Below the pieces are notes generated by a model that saw nothing but the letters and a program-made list of their open reading frames with translations, made no database searches and was not told where the DNA came from. From Pseudomonadota bacterium (GTDB lineage Bacteria > Myxococcota > JACRCW01 > JAFGSX01), in NCBI GenBank assembly GCA_043821645.1, contig JBDRCO010000094.1:70769-134768 (forward strand): a DNA stretch of 64,000 nucleotides. The letters are read 5' to 3'. The position numbers and the translations under genes are program-made. Below, piece by piece: positions 40,658 to 51,184 of this stretch; the stretch's first letter is position 1, and every line of letters starts with the position of its first letter.

Positions 40658-41164
40658 TCAAGGCGTGGCAGGAGCTGGCTCAGCCGGAACCGCCGCGGGA
40701 GCAGGAGCCGGAACCTCGGCTGCGGGAGCGGGCTCGGCAGCAGCACCCTCGACCGGGACCGGCTGTGCAGCAGCACCTTCGGCTGGGGCGGCTTCCGGTG
40801 CAGGAGCGGGCTCGTCCGCAGGCGCAGCACCCTCGGCGGGCGCCGGGTCCACAACCACATCTCCGGCTGCGGCGGGCTCATCTGCCGCCGGCTGGGCGGC
40901 TGCCGGGGGGGTGATGTCGTCGGTCACCGACCCCTTCTTGCTGGAGATGTAAACCAGCACCAGCGAGTTGAGCATGAACACCACGGCCATACCGGCGGTG
41001 AGCTTGCTCAGGAAGGTGTTGGCACCCCGACCTCCGAACACGCTCTGGGCACCGCCGCCGCCAAAGGCCGCGCCCATCCCCTGCTTGTTGCCTGGCTGGA
41101 GGAGCACCGTGAGGATCAGGGCGATGCAGACAAAGACATGGAGTGCGATGAGAAAAGTGACCAT
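40658..41164 (-). CDS. secG: preprotein translocase subunit SecG with Ala/Pro/Glu-rich tail
   Basis: LHVFVCIALILTVLLQPG...GMGAAFGGGG...FGGRGANTFLSKLTAGMAVVF. Confidence 0.95.
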   Translation of the reverse strand: MVTFLIALHVFVCIALILTVLLQPGNKQGMGAAFGGGGAQSVFGGRGANTFLSKLTAGMAVVFMLNSLVLVYISSKKGSVTDDITPPAAAQPAADEPAAAGDVVVDPAPAEGAAPADEPAPAPEAAPAEGAAAQPVPVEGAAAEPAPAAEVPAPAPAAVPAEPAPATP

Positions 41165-41187
41165 GGTGAATTTCTCTCCTGTGTCCT

Positions 41188-41956
41188 CTAGGCGGGGCGA
41201 GCCGCCAGCACGATCGCGACGAAATCGTCGGCCTTGAGGCTGGCGCCGCCGACCAGCGCGCCATCGATGTTGGGCTGTGACATCAAGGCCCGCGCGTTGT
41301 CGGGCTTGACGCTGCCACCGTATTGAATGCGCACCGCCTCCGCCACGGCGCCAAAGCGTTCCTGCAGGCGCCCGCGGATACGGGCATGAACGTCTTCGGC
41401 CTGCTCTGTGGTGGCGGTCTTGCCGGTGCCGATGGCCCACACGGGCTCGTACGCGAGGACCACGCGCGCCATCTCGGTGGCGGCGATCTTGGCCAGGCCT
41501 CCGTCGAGCTGCCCAAGCACCACGTCAAAGGTGCGCCCGGCTTCGCGCTCGGCCAGGGTCTCGCCGATGCACAGGATGGGCGTCAGATCGCCATCCAGCG
41601 TCGCGCGGACCTTGCGCGCCACGCCCTCGTCGGTCTCCCCGAAGAACTGCCGGCGCTCGCTGTGGCCAATGATGACGTAGCGGCACCCGGCCTCGACCAG
41701 CTGACCCACCGCCACGGCGCCGGTGAAGGCACCCCTTGGCTTCGTGATGGCAGTCCTGAGCCGCCACGCCCACGGCGCTGCCGCGTAGAGCCTCGGCCAC
41801 CGCAGCCAGGGCCGTGAAGCTGGGCCCCACAGCTATCTCGACATCCCGCACGTCGCTCACACGGTCGCGCAGGTCCACCGCCAGGCGCTTGGCCTCGGCG
41901 ATGGTGTTGTGCATCTTCCAGTTTCCCGCAACGAAGGGCTTGCGCTCGTTCTTCAT
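41188..41956 (-). pseudogene. tpiA: triosephosphate isomerase with a single-base frameshift (real or assembly error)
   Basis: The N-terminal frame (AGNWKM...[10 protein letters not shown]) and C-terminal frame (AFTG...IIGHSERR...[11 protein letters not shown]...YGGS...LVGGASL) join at AAGGGGTGCC (41728-41737). Span is 769 nt, i.e. 256 codons plus 1. Confidence 0.9.
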
Positions 41957-42057
41957 CGCCTGTCTCTCCCGGGGCCGTTAGCCCGCCATCACACTCAGGG
42001 ACCCGCAGCACCTGCCCGTCTTCCGAGGACAGAACACGTCGTTCGTCGCGACACCCG

Positions 42058-43263
42058 CTATCCCTCGGTCAGAACCGCGAGCCCGGGAAGCGTCTCACCC
42101 TGGAACAACTCCAGGGCGGCCTCACCGCCCGAGGACAGGTGAGAGACCGCGCTGGCCAGGCTGCTTCGCCGAAACGCCGCGGCTGTTTCACTGCCGGTGA
42201 CCACGCTGAACGCCCCGGCTCGGGTTGCCGACGCCACAGCCGTGGCCACGGCGCGTGTGCCCTCGCCAAATCCGTCCCACTCGGTCACGCCCAGGGGACC
42301 ATTCCACAGCACGGTCCGGGCTCCCTCCAGGGCGCGGGCATAGAACTCGCGCGTCCTGGGCCCGATGTCCAGGGCCATCTTGCCCGCCGGGATGGCGGGC
42401 CCATCGACGATCTCAGGCCGGGTTTCCGGCGTGAACGCGCTGCCCACGACGTGGTCCACCGGGAGCATCAGCGTGACGTTCTTGCGCTCGGCGCCCTCCA
42501 TCAGGGTCCGTGCGTTGGCCAGCCGCTCTGTGTCGACGTGTGAGGCCCCGGTGTCCACGCCGCGCGCCGCCAGGAAGGTGCACGCCAGGGCACCACCGAG
42601 GACCAGGCGATCGACCCTGTCCACCAGACGATTGAGCAGGCTCACCCGATTCGCGATGCCCTCGCCTCCCAGGACGGCAACCATGGGCGCGTCCGGTTGA
42701 TGGCTGAGCCGTTGCAGTGCCTGCACTTCCTTCTCGACGAGCAAACCCGCGAGCCGGATCGGCAGCAAGCTCGCTGCCCCCTCGATGGAGGCATGCGCGC
42801 GGTGGCTGTCCGCGAAGGCATCGTTGACGTACACATCAGCATGGGCCACCAGCTGCCGCGAGAAGCCCGGGTCGTTGCGTTCTTCACCGACGTGGAAGCG
42901 CAGGTTCTCGAGCAGCAGGACCCGGCCAGGTTTGAGACCCATGACCAGGCGCTTGACAGCGTCACCCACGCAGTCGTCGGAGAACAGCAGCTCGTCGTCG
43001 AGTAGTTCGGACAGCCGCCGCCCCACGGGTTCGAGGCTGAGGGCCGCGTCCACCCTGCCCCGGGGGTTCCCCAGGTGCGCCGCGAGAACCACGCGGGCTC
43101 CGGCGTCGCGCAGCCACTTCAGGGTGGGCAGAGCGGCGCGAATGCGGGTGTCATCGCCGACCTCGCCGCCCCGCAGGGGGACGTCAAAGTCGACGCGCAC
43201 GAGCACCCGCTGCCCCTCGAGTGCGCCGCCATGGGCGCGCAGTGTGCGCAGAGCGAGCGTCAC
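42058..43263 (-). CDS. pgk: phosphoglycerate kinase homolog with degenerate active-site motifs
   Basis: Full-length PGK fold (DDTRI, LLENLRF, YVNDAF, HRAHAS, LPVD, LDIGP, WNGP) between gap and tpiA, but many signature residues are replaced. Confidence 0.88.
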   Translation of the reverse strand: MTLALRTLRAHGGALEGQRVLVRVDFDVPLRGGEVGDDTRIRAALPTLKWLRDAGARVVLAAHLGNPRGRVDAALSLEPVGRRLSELLDDELLFSDDCVGDAVKRLVMGLKPGRVLLLENLRFHVGEERNDPGFSRQLVAHADVYVNDAFADSHRAHASIEGAASLLPIRLAGLLVEKEVQALQRLSHQPDAPMVAVLGGEGIANRVSLLNRLVDRVDRLVLGGALACTFLAARGVDTGASHVDTERLANARTLMEGAERKNVTLMLPVDHVVGSAFTPETRPEIVDGPAIPAGKMALDIGPRTREFYARALEGARTVLWNGPLGVTEWDGFGEGTRAVATAVASATRAGAFSVVTGSETAAAFRRSSLASAVSHLSSGGEAALELFQGETLPGLAVLTEG

Positions 43264-44261
43264 ACACCGACCTTTCGCATGTACTCAATGAGGTCGACCA
43301 TGCGCGAGGAGTAACCCCACTCGTTGTCGTACCAGCCAAAGACCTTGACCAGGCGCTTCTCGATGACCTTCGTCATGTCCGCGTCGACCGTGCAGGACAC
43401 CGTCGAGTCATTGAGGTCGTTGGAGACGATGGGCTCCTCGGTGTAGTCCATGATGCCCTTGAGCGCGCCATCGGCCGCGCTGCGGAGCGCCGCGTTGACT
43501 TCCTCGACCGAGGTGTCCTTGCCCAGCTCGGCGGTCAGGTCGACCAGCGACACGTTGGGGGTCGGAACGCGGATCGCCAGACCATCGATCTTGCCCTTGA
43601 GCTCCGGAAGCACCAGGCCCACAGCCTTGGCCGCGCCGGTGGTGGTCGGGATCATCGACAGCATGGCCGCACGGGCGCGCCGCAGATCCTTGTGGGGAAG
43701 GTCCAGGATGCGCTGGTCGTTGGTGTAGCTGTGGATCGTCGTCATCAGGGCCTTCACGATCCCGAACTTCTCGTGCAGGGTCTTGGCCATGGGCGCCAGG
43801 CAGTTGGTGGTGCACGAGGCATTGCTGATGATCTTGTGCTGCGCCGGATCGTACTGCAGATGATTGATGCCCATGCAGAAGGTGGCGTCGGGCTCCTTGC
43901 CCGGCGCGCTGATCACCACGTGCTTGGCGCCAGCCTCGAGATGCGCCGAGGCCTTGGCACGATCGCGGAACAGTCCGGTGCACTCCAGCACCACGTCGAC
44001 GTTCTTGGCCTTCCAGGGGAGCTGGGAGGGATCCTTGACGGCCGAGATCTCGATGCGCCTGTCCCCGGCGATCAGGTTATTGCCGTCGATACCAACCTTG
44101 TGATTCCACTGGCCGTGCACCGAATCGTAGCGCAGCAGATGTGCCAGGGTAGCAACGTCGGTGATGTCATTGATCTGCACCACCTCGATGTCCTTGTGCC
44201 CGTCGAGGATGCGCAGCACGCAGCGACCGATGCGACCGAAACCGTTGATGGCGACCTTCAT
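43260..44261 (-). CDS. gap: type I glyceraldehyde-3-phosphate dehydrogenase
   Basis: MKVAINGFGRIGR, SNASCTTNCLAP, IPTTTGAAKA, WYDNEWGYS; AGGAGG RBS. Confidence 0.98.
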   Translation of the reverse strand: MKVAINGFGRIGRCVLRILDGHKDIEVVQINDITDVATLAHLLRYDSVHGQWNHKVGIDGNNLIAGDRRIEISAVKDPSQLPWKAKNVDVVLECTGLFRDRAKASAHLEAGAKHVVISAPGKEPDATFCMGINHLQYDPAQHKIISNASCTTNCLAPMAKTLHEKFGIVKALMTTIHSYTNDQRILDLPHKDLRRARAAMLSMIPTTTGAAKAVGLVLPELKGKIDGLAIRVPTPNVSLVDLTAELGKDTSVEEVNAALRSAADGALKGIMDYTEEPIVSNDLNDSTVSCTVDADMTKVIEKRLVKVFGWYDNEWGYSSRMVDLIEYMRKVGV

Positions 44262-44392
44262 GGTCTTGACCTCCTGCTGTGGGTGGAGTGTTGGCTCGAC
44301 GCCCGGTCTGGCCAGGTTTGGCGCAACCGTCCCGTCGAGGCCCAACGTAACTCAGCCGAGAGTGTCGAGGCCTCCCGACAAAACCGGGCGCA

Positions 44393-44420
44393 GGTTTAGC
44401 CATTTATATGGGGGTGTCAA
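44393..44420 (-). promoter_or_regulatory. possible sigma70 promoter of the gap operon
   Basis: TTGACA-N16-TAAACC on the minus strand in an AT-rich patch. Confidence 0.4.
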
Positions 44421-44460
44421 CATCTAGCGCAGAGCCCACACAAGCGGGGCGTCTGCACGC

Positions 44461-45315
44461 TCACTCGAGGGTGTAGGTACCGAGGCTGGACGGGGTCTCG
44501 GCCGGGGGCAGGTTCAGCATCACAGCGGTGGTCACCGCCACCCCCGCTGCCACGACCAGCAGGCCCACGCCAGCACCCACCCAGGGCCAGGGCAAGGTGC
44601 CCTCGGACGCGACGGTCGCTGGAGCGGGACTCGGCGCGACGTCCAGCATCCCTGGACTCGCCTCGTCTCCTCCCAGAGCGAGGTCCTTGCCATCGGGGCC
44701 CACCACGTGCAGCCGGTACTCGACCTGGCGGGCCGCTTGCCCTGCCACTGGCCGCAGACCGAGGTCACATCGATAGCGGCCTCCCTCCAGCGACTGCATG
44801 GGGACGGCGGTGAAACCTTTCTCGTGGCGCTCACGCAGTTCGAGCAGCACGGTGATCGCGCCCTCTCCCTGCTGCTGCACGACGGTCTCGGCGGCGATGC
44901 CTGTGGGGCCCGTCTCCACCACGGTAGGGGCTTGCAGGATGCGAACCTGCAAGGGGGGCGACAGCTCGCGGCGAACGGCCTCGAACACATCGAGGATCTT
45001 GGGCGAAAGGTTCGGCTCGAGGCGATGGTCGGGGTCCTCGCGGAGCAATCGAGAGAAGCTCGCGCGCGCCCCTGGTTCATCGTCGAGGATGACCTGGACA
45101 GTCCCGAGCAGGGCCAGAGCTTCGCGCCGTTCGTCGATGGAGACCGCGGGATCGTCCACGGCCTTGAGCAGCAGCGGCAGGGCTTCCCTGTAGCGCAATC
45201 TGTCGAACTGCTTCTTGGCTCGCTCGAGGCTGTTCGCCGACCGGGCGCGTGGACCCGCCGCGGGGGCGGGCACGACCACCAGCAGGGCACAGACCAGGAC
45301 GAAGAGGCGCAGCAT
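44461..45315 (-). CDS. secreted/membrane-anchored TPR-like protein
   Basis: Signal peptide, TPR-like helices (AKKQFDRLRYREALPLL...ARASFSRLLREDP...LSPKILDVFEAVR), a beta-rich middle and a C-terminal TM (WPWVGAGVGLLVVAAG). Confidence 0.75.
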   Translation of the reverse strand: MLRLFVLVCALLVVVPAPAAGPRARSANSLERAKKQFDRLRYREALPLLLKAVDDPAVSIDERREALALLGTVQVILDDEPGARASFSRLLREDPDHRLEPNLSPKILDVFEAVRRELSPPLQVRILQAPTVVETGPTGIAAETVVQQQGEGAITVLLELRERHEKGFTAVPMQSLEGGRYRCDLGLRPVAGQAARQVEYRLHVVGPDGKDLALGGDEASPGMLDVAPSPAPATVASEGTLPWPWVGAGVGLLVVAAGVAVTTAVMLNLPPAETPSSLGTYTLE

Positions 45316-45462
45316 GGCCACATCTCAGTCCCTTGCCCCTGGCGCTGTCAACGCCTCGGTCTGTCACCCCCAGGCGGGCGGGGCAGAACTTGTGCATCGG
45401 ACCGATCAGCTTCATTGTGTGACAAGGGGCCGCGGTGAGACCCCAACAAGGCAGAGTGCGGC

Positions 45463-47244
<1,782 letters not shown>

Positions 47245-47301
47245 GCACGTCTGGCCTGGCGACGGAACAGGACGTATCCTCGGGCTGCCGCAGCCGCTAC
47301 A

Positions 47302-50300
47302 ATGGTCGAGATGTTTTGTCCACGCCGCCAAACCCTGGCCTCGCTTGGCCTGTTGTTCGCGCTCCTGGCGCCGGCTTGCGGCGACGCGACCGTACTTACC
47401 CTGCGCTTGCACGGTGAGGCGGCCCTGCCCGCGCTGCGTGCGCCCGACGACGTGCAGCGGCTCCAGGTGCAGGTCCGTGTCGGAAGCCAGCTCATCTGGT
47501 CGCGGCCCTTCGACCTGGCCGGGCCGTCCCGCGTGCTCGACGAGACGCTGGTCTTGCGACCGGGTGACCATGCCGGGGACAGCCTGGACGTCCTCGTCAT
47601 CGGCTTGCACGAGGGCGTCGAGATAACCCGTGGCCATGGGACCGCACGCTTCGTAGCAGGCGAGAACACCACGGCCAGCGTCGCTCTGGAGTGGGACGCG
47701 ACCGTCTGCCTCGACGTGGATGGTGACGCGTACGGCCGAGGGCCCGCCTGCCTGGGTGCAGATTGTGAGGACGGCGACGTGGCCGTGCACGTCGGAGCTG
47801 GTGAGCAGTGCAACGGTCGGGATGACGACTGCGACGACAGCGTGGACGAGGCCGAGGACCTGACGCCTCCTCCCTGTGCCAGGGTGCTGGGCGTATGCAC
47901 GGGAGCGGTTGCGACCTGTGGCGGGATCGCGGGCTGGCAGGCGTGCCCGGATGCGGCCTACGGGCTCAGCTACGAGCGCGTCGAGCATACCTGCGATGGT
48001 CTCGACAATGACTGCGACGGCACCACGGATCCAGGGTGCCAGTGCATGCCTGGACAGACCCGTTCCTGCGAGGGCCTCGACGTCGGTGCCTGTGATCCCG
48101 GCGAGCAGCAGTGCCAGGCCGTGGGCTCGGCGTGGGAGTGGCGGGCGCAGTGCGTCGGCACCATCGGTCCCGCGACTGAAACCTGCAACGAACTGGACGA
48201 TGACTGCGATGGCGAGGTCGATGAGGATTTCGACCTGGCAGCCGATCCCCTGCACTGTGGTGCCTGCACCACCGTGTGCGATCTGGAGGGCGCCGAGGCG
48301 ATCTGTGTCGACGGCCAGTGCGCCCTGGGGCGGTGCGAGCAAGGCCATCATGATCTCGATGGGATCGCCGACAACGGCTGCGAGTACGCCTGCCTGCGCA
48401 CGCTTCCGGACGAGACCTGTAACGGCCGCGATGACGACTGCAATGGCGTCGTTGATGACGTCACCGTGCGTCCCGCCTGCGCCTTGACCCAGGGGGTCTG
48501 CCTCGGCGCCGTGCCCGAGTGTGGCGACCTTGGCGGCCGGGCACACTGGCTAGCCTGTGACTACGGTGCCCACTACGAGCCCGTCGAGACGCGCTGCGAC
48601 GGCATGGACAACGATTGCGACGGCCAGGTCGACGAAGGCGTGCAGTGCCCGTCCTGCGTGGGCGACGGCGATTGCGATGACGCCAACCCCTGCACCCAGG
48701 ACAGCTGCCAGGCTCAGCTGTGCCGCTTCGTGGCGCGGGACGAAGGGGCGACCTGCAGCGACGGACTGTTCTGCACGACCCTGGACCGCTGCGATCACTC
48801 GGCCCGCTGCGTGGCGCCAGGACCCTCTCCCTGTACCACGGAGTGCCAGCAGACCTGCGACGAGGACAATGACCGCTGCCTCGACGATGCGGCGGGAGTG
48901 CCGTGCACCACCGATGGCCAGTTCTGCAACGGCGCCGAGGTCTGCGACGGCGGGGGCCTCTGCGTTCATGCCGGCGATCCCTGCCCGCCGGTGGATTGCC
49001 AGGGCTGCGACGAGGCGCGCGATCGCTGCGTGGATCCCCTGGACAGCCCCTGCACCGACGACGGTCTGTTCTGCAATGGCGGCGAGAGCTGCAACGGATC
49101 GGGTCAGTGTGTGCACGCAGGCGACCCCTGCCCCGGCACCCTGTGCGAGACCTGCCAGGAGACCACGGACAGTTGTTTGGATCCGGTCACTTCTCCCTGC
49201 GAGGACGGCGTGTTCTGCACCGGGGGTGATCACTGCGATGGCAGCGGTGGCTGCGTGGCCGGAACGGGTACGCCGTGCACCACGGACTGTCTGTCGATCT
49301 GCGATGAGGTGAACACCACCTGCCTGCCCGATGATCCGGACACACCCTGCAGCGACGATGGCCTGTTCTGCAACGGCGCGGAGTTCTGCGACGGGACAGG
49401 CCTGTGCCTGCCCGAGGAGGTGAGTCCGTGTGCCGAGACCGAGTGCAAGCATTGCCAGGAAGGGCCGGATACGTGCCTGGATCCTCCCACCACGCCCTGC
49501 GACGACGGCAATGGCTGCACCTACCTGGACACCTGCGATGCCCTTGGCAGCTGCGTGCCCGGGGCCTTCGACAACAACGTGGACGGCGACCTGTTCATCA
49601 ATGCGGCGTGTGGCGGCACCGACTGCAATGACGCCGATCCTGCGATCCCCGGCCCCGAGGGTCCGATCTGCGACGAGGACCGGACCTGTGCCGACGGCGT
49701 CGACAACGACTGCGACACTCTCGTCGACCTGCTGGACAGCAACTGTGCAGGCAGCGGTTACTTTTGCCTGTACGCACCACGCGACAGCGTCGCGACGGGT
49801 CCACCTGGCGACTTCCTGCGCATCCACACCGATCAGCCGGGCATCGATCCGTCCAGGCTCTTCTGCTTCACCGATGCGTCGCGCCAGGCGGCGTCCGCGG
49901 TGCTGGGTCAGGACAATTTCGAGAGTGGCATGGGCTTTTTGATGACCAGCACGCCGAGCCAGGTCTCCGTCGACGCAGCGGCCCAGAGTCCGCTGTCCAG
50001 TGGCAGCCTCGGTTTGAAGATCTGCACGGACGCACAGGCCTCCTCACCGGCCATCGCGACCACGGGCCTGCAGGACATCGTGCTGCGCTACGCGTTGCAG
50101 CCCGATGCCTTTTCCTCCAGCGAGTACATCGTGGTCGAGTACTCCATCGACGGTGGCGCCCAGTGGCACCTCCTCAATGTCTTTGGAGACACCTACCAGA
50201 CGACCTTCTATCGCTCATTCAGCAGCCTGTTGCCCGCCGAGGCGGAGGACCAGCCGGACCTGCGCGTCCGTTTTCGTACCCTGAACATGGGTGGTACGCA

Positions 50301-51039
50301 CTGCGCCAAGCTCGATGACGTGGTCCTCGAAGTGCTGCCCCCACCGACGCTGCGAGTACCCCTTCACCGCGCGCGCTTCGAGCCGGCCGAGGGCTTTCCT
50401 GGGGCCGGGCTGGGTTCAGGCATCAGCCCCTACACGGTCACCGGGAGCAGCTCATACACCTCGATGCAGACCGCCGCCCAGAATCCAGCCACCCAGGACG
50501 CCCTCAACACCCAGGGGCTGCGGGTCCTCTACCAGTCCGGCGCCAGCAGCCCCATGTTCCCGACAGCCTTCCTGCCTTCCGGGAGCGAGCTGCGCGTCGA
50601 GACGGCGATGCACCCCGTGGGTTTGGATACGCTGGACTATGCCCTGCTGTTCGCCGTGGACCAGTCCGGAACCATGCGACGCCTGGGCGCGGTGGGCATG
50701 GGAGCCCCGTCGAGCTGGGTATCCATGCGCGCGATGGTGGGGCGAGACGCCTTCGGCTCGGGCCGCGGGCAGATCGCCTTCAACGCGCCGCCATCGAGTT
50801 CCCTGAGCCCCAGCGAGGGCCTCGAAGCCGACGACGTGAGCGTCGAGTTCACCCGCTCCAGCAGCGACCAGGTTGGTCCCTTCGCGGACTCCGGCGGCGG
50901 AGACTACGTGGCCGTCCTGCAGTCAGCACAGGAGGGAACCGCCGAGGTGACCTGCATCTATCTGGGGGTGGATCCACCCCTCGTCACGGACGGCAGCGGA
51001 CTCAACTCCACCCCCCAGACCGTTCTCTTTTCCCCCTGA
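47302..51039 (+). CDS. large Cys-rich lipoprotein with MopE-type putative metal-binding repeats and C-terminal beta-sandwich domains
   Basis: LLAPAC lipobox-like; repeats E.CNG.DDDC.G.VDE and DG.FCNG.E.CDG.G.C...PC; EYSIDGGAQW. Confidence 0.85.
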   Translation: MVEMFCPRRQTLASLGLLFALLAPACGDATVLTLRLHGEAALPALRAPDDVQRLQVQVRVGSQLIWSRPFDLAGPSRVLDETLVLRPGDHAGDSLDVLVIGLHEGVEITRGHGTARFVAGENTTASVALEWDATVCLDVDGDAYGRGPACLGADCEDGDVAVHVGAGEQCNGRDDDCDDSVDEAEDLTPPPCARVLGVCTGAVATCGGIAGWQACPDAAYGLSYERVEHTCDGLDNDCDGTTDPGCQCMPGQTRSCEGLDVGACDPGEQQCQAVGSAWEWRAQCVGTIGPATETCNELDDDCDGEVDEDFDLAADPLHCGACTTVCDLEGAEAICVDGQCALGRCEQGHHDLDGIADNGCEYACLRTLPDETCNGRDDDCNGVVDDVTVRPACALTQGVCLGAVPECGDLGGRAHWLACDYGAHYEPVETRCDGMDNDCDGQVDEGVQCPSCVGDGDCDDANPCTQDSCQAQLCRFVARDEGATCSDGLFCTTLDRCDHSARCVAPGPSPCTTECQQTCDEDNDRCLDDAAGVPCTTDGQFCNGAEVCDGGGLCVHAGDPCPPVDCQGCDEARDRCVDPLDSPCTDDGLFCNGGESCNGSGQCVHAGDPCPGTLCETCQETTDSCLDPVTSPCEDGVFCTGGDHCDGSGGCVAGTGTPCTTDCLSICDEVNTTCLPDDPDTPCSDDGLFCNGAEFCDGTGLCLPEEVSPCAETECKHCQEGPDTCLDPPTTPCDDGNGCTYLDTCDALGSCVPGAFDNNVDGDLFINAACGGTDCNDADPAIPGPEGPICDEDRTCADGVDNDCDTLVDLLDSNCAGSGYFCLYAPRDSVATGPPGDFLRIHTDQPGIDPSRLFCFTDASRQAASAVLGQDNFESGMGFLMTSTPSQVSVDAAAQSPLSSGSLGLKICTDAQASSPAIATTGLQDIVLRYALQPDAFSSSEYIVVEYSIDGGAQWHLLNVFGDTYQTTFYRSFSSLLPAEAEDQPDLRVRFRTLNMGGTHCAKLDDVVLEVLPPPTLRVPLHRARFEPAEGFPGAGLGSGISPYTVTGSSSYTSMQTAAQNPATQDALNTQGLRVLYQSGASSPMFPTAFLPSGSELRVETAMHPVGLDTLDYALLFAVDQSGTMRRLGAVGMGAPSSWVSMRAMVGRDAFGSGRGQIAFNAPPSSSLSPSEGLEADDVSVEFTRSSSDQVGPFADSGGGDYVAVLQSAQEGTAEVTCIYLGVDPPLVTDGSGLNSTPQTVLFSP

Positions 51040-51184
51040 CCGCAGGCCCGGGCTGGCGTCGGGCACCCCTGCGACGCAGTGCGCCAGGCGAGCGTGCAGA
51101 TCGGGTCGTTTTCTTGACCCAGGAGGCTCCAGGCCGTACCACAGGAGGGAAGAGGTCCCCAACCGGCACCAGGAGGCTCCCGTC

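Noticed and set aside
41188-43263. General decay of the glycolytic operon
   Set aside because: gap is intact, tpiA retains every motif apart from one indel, and pgk has no stops or indels. This is inconsistent with neutral pseudogenisation.
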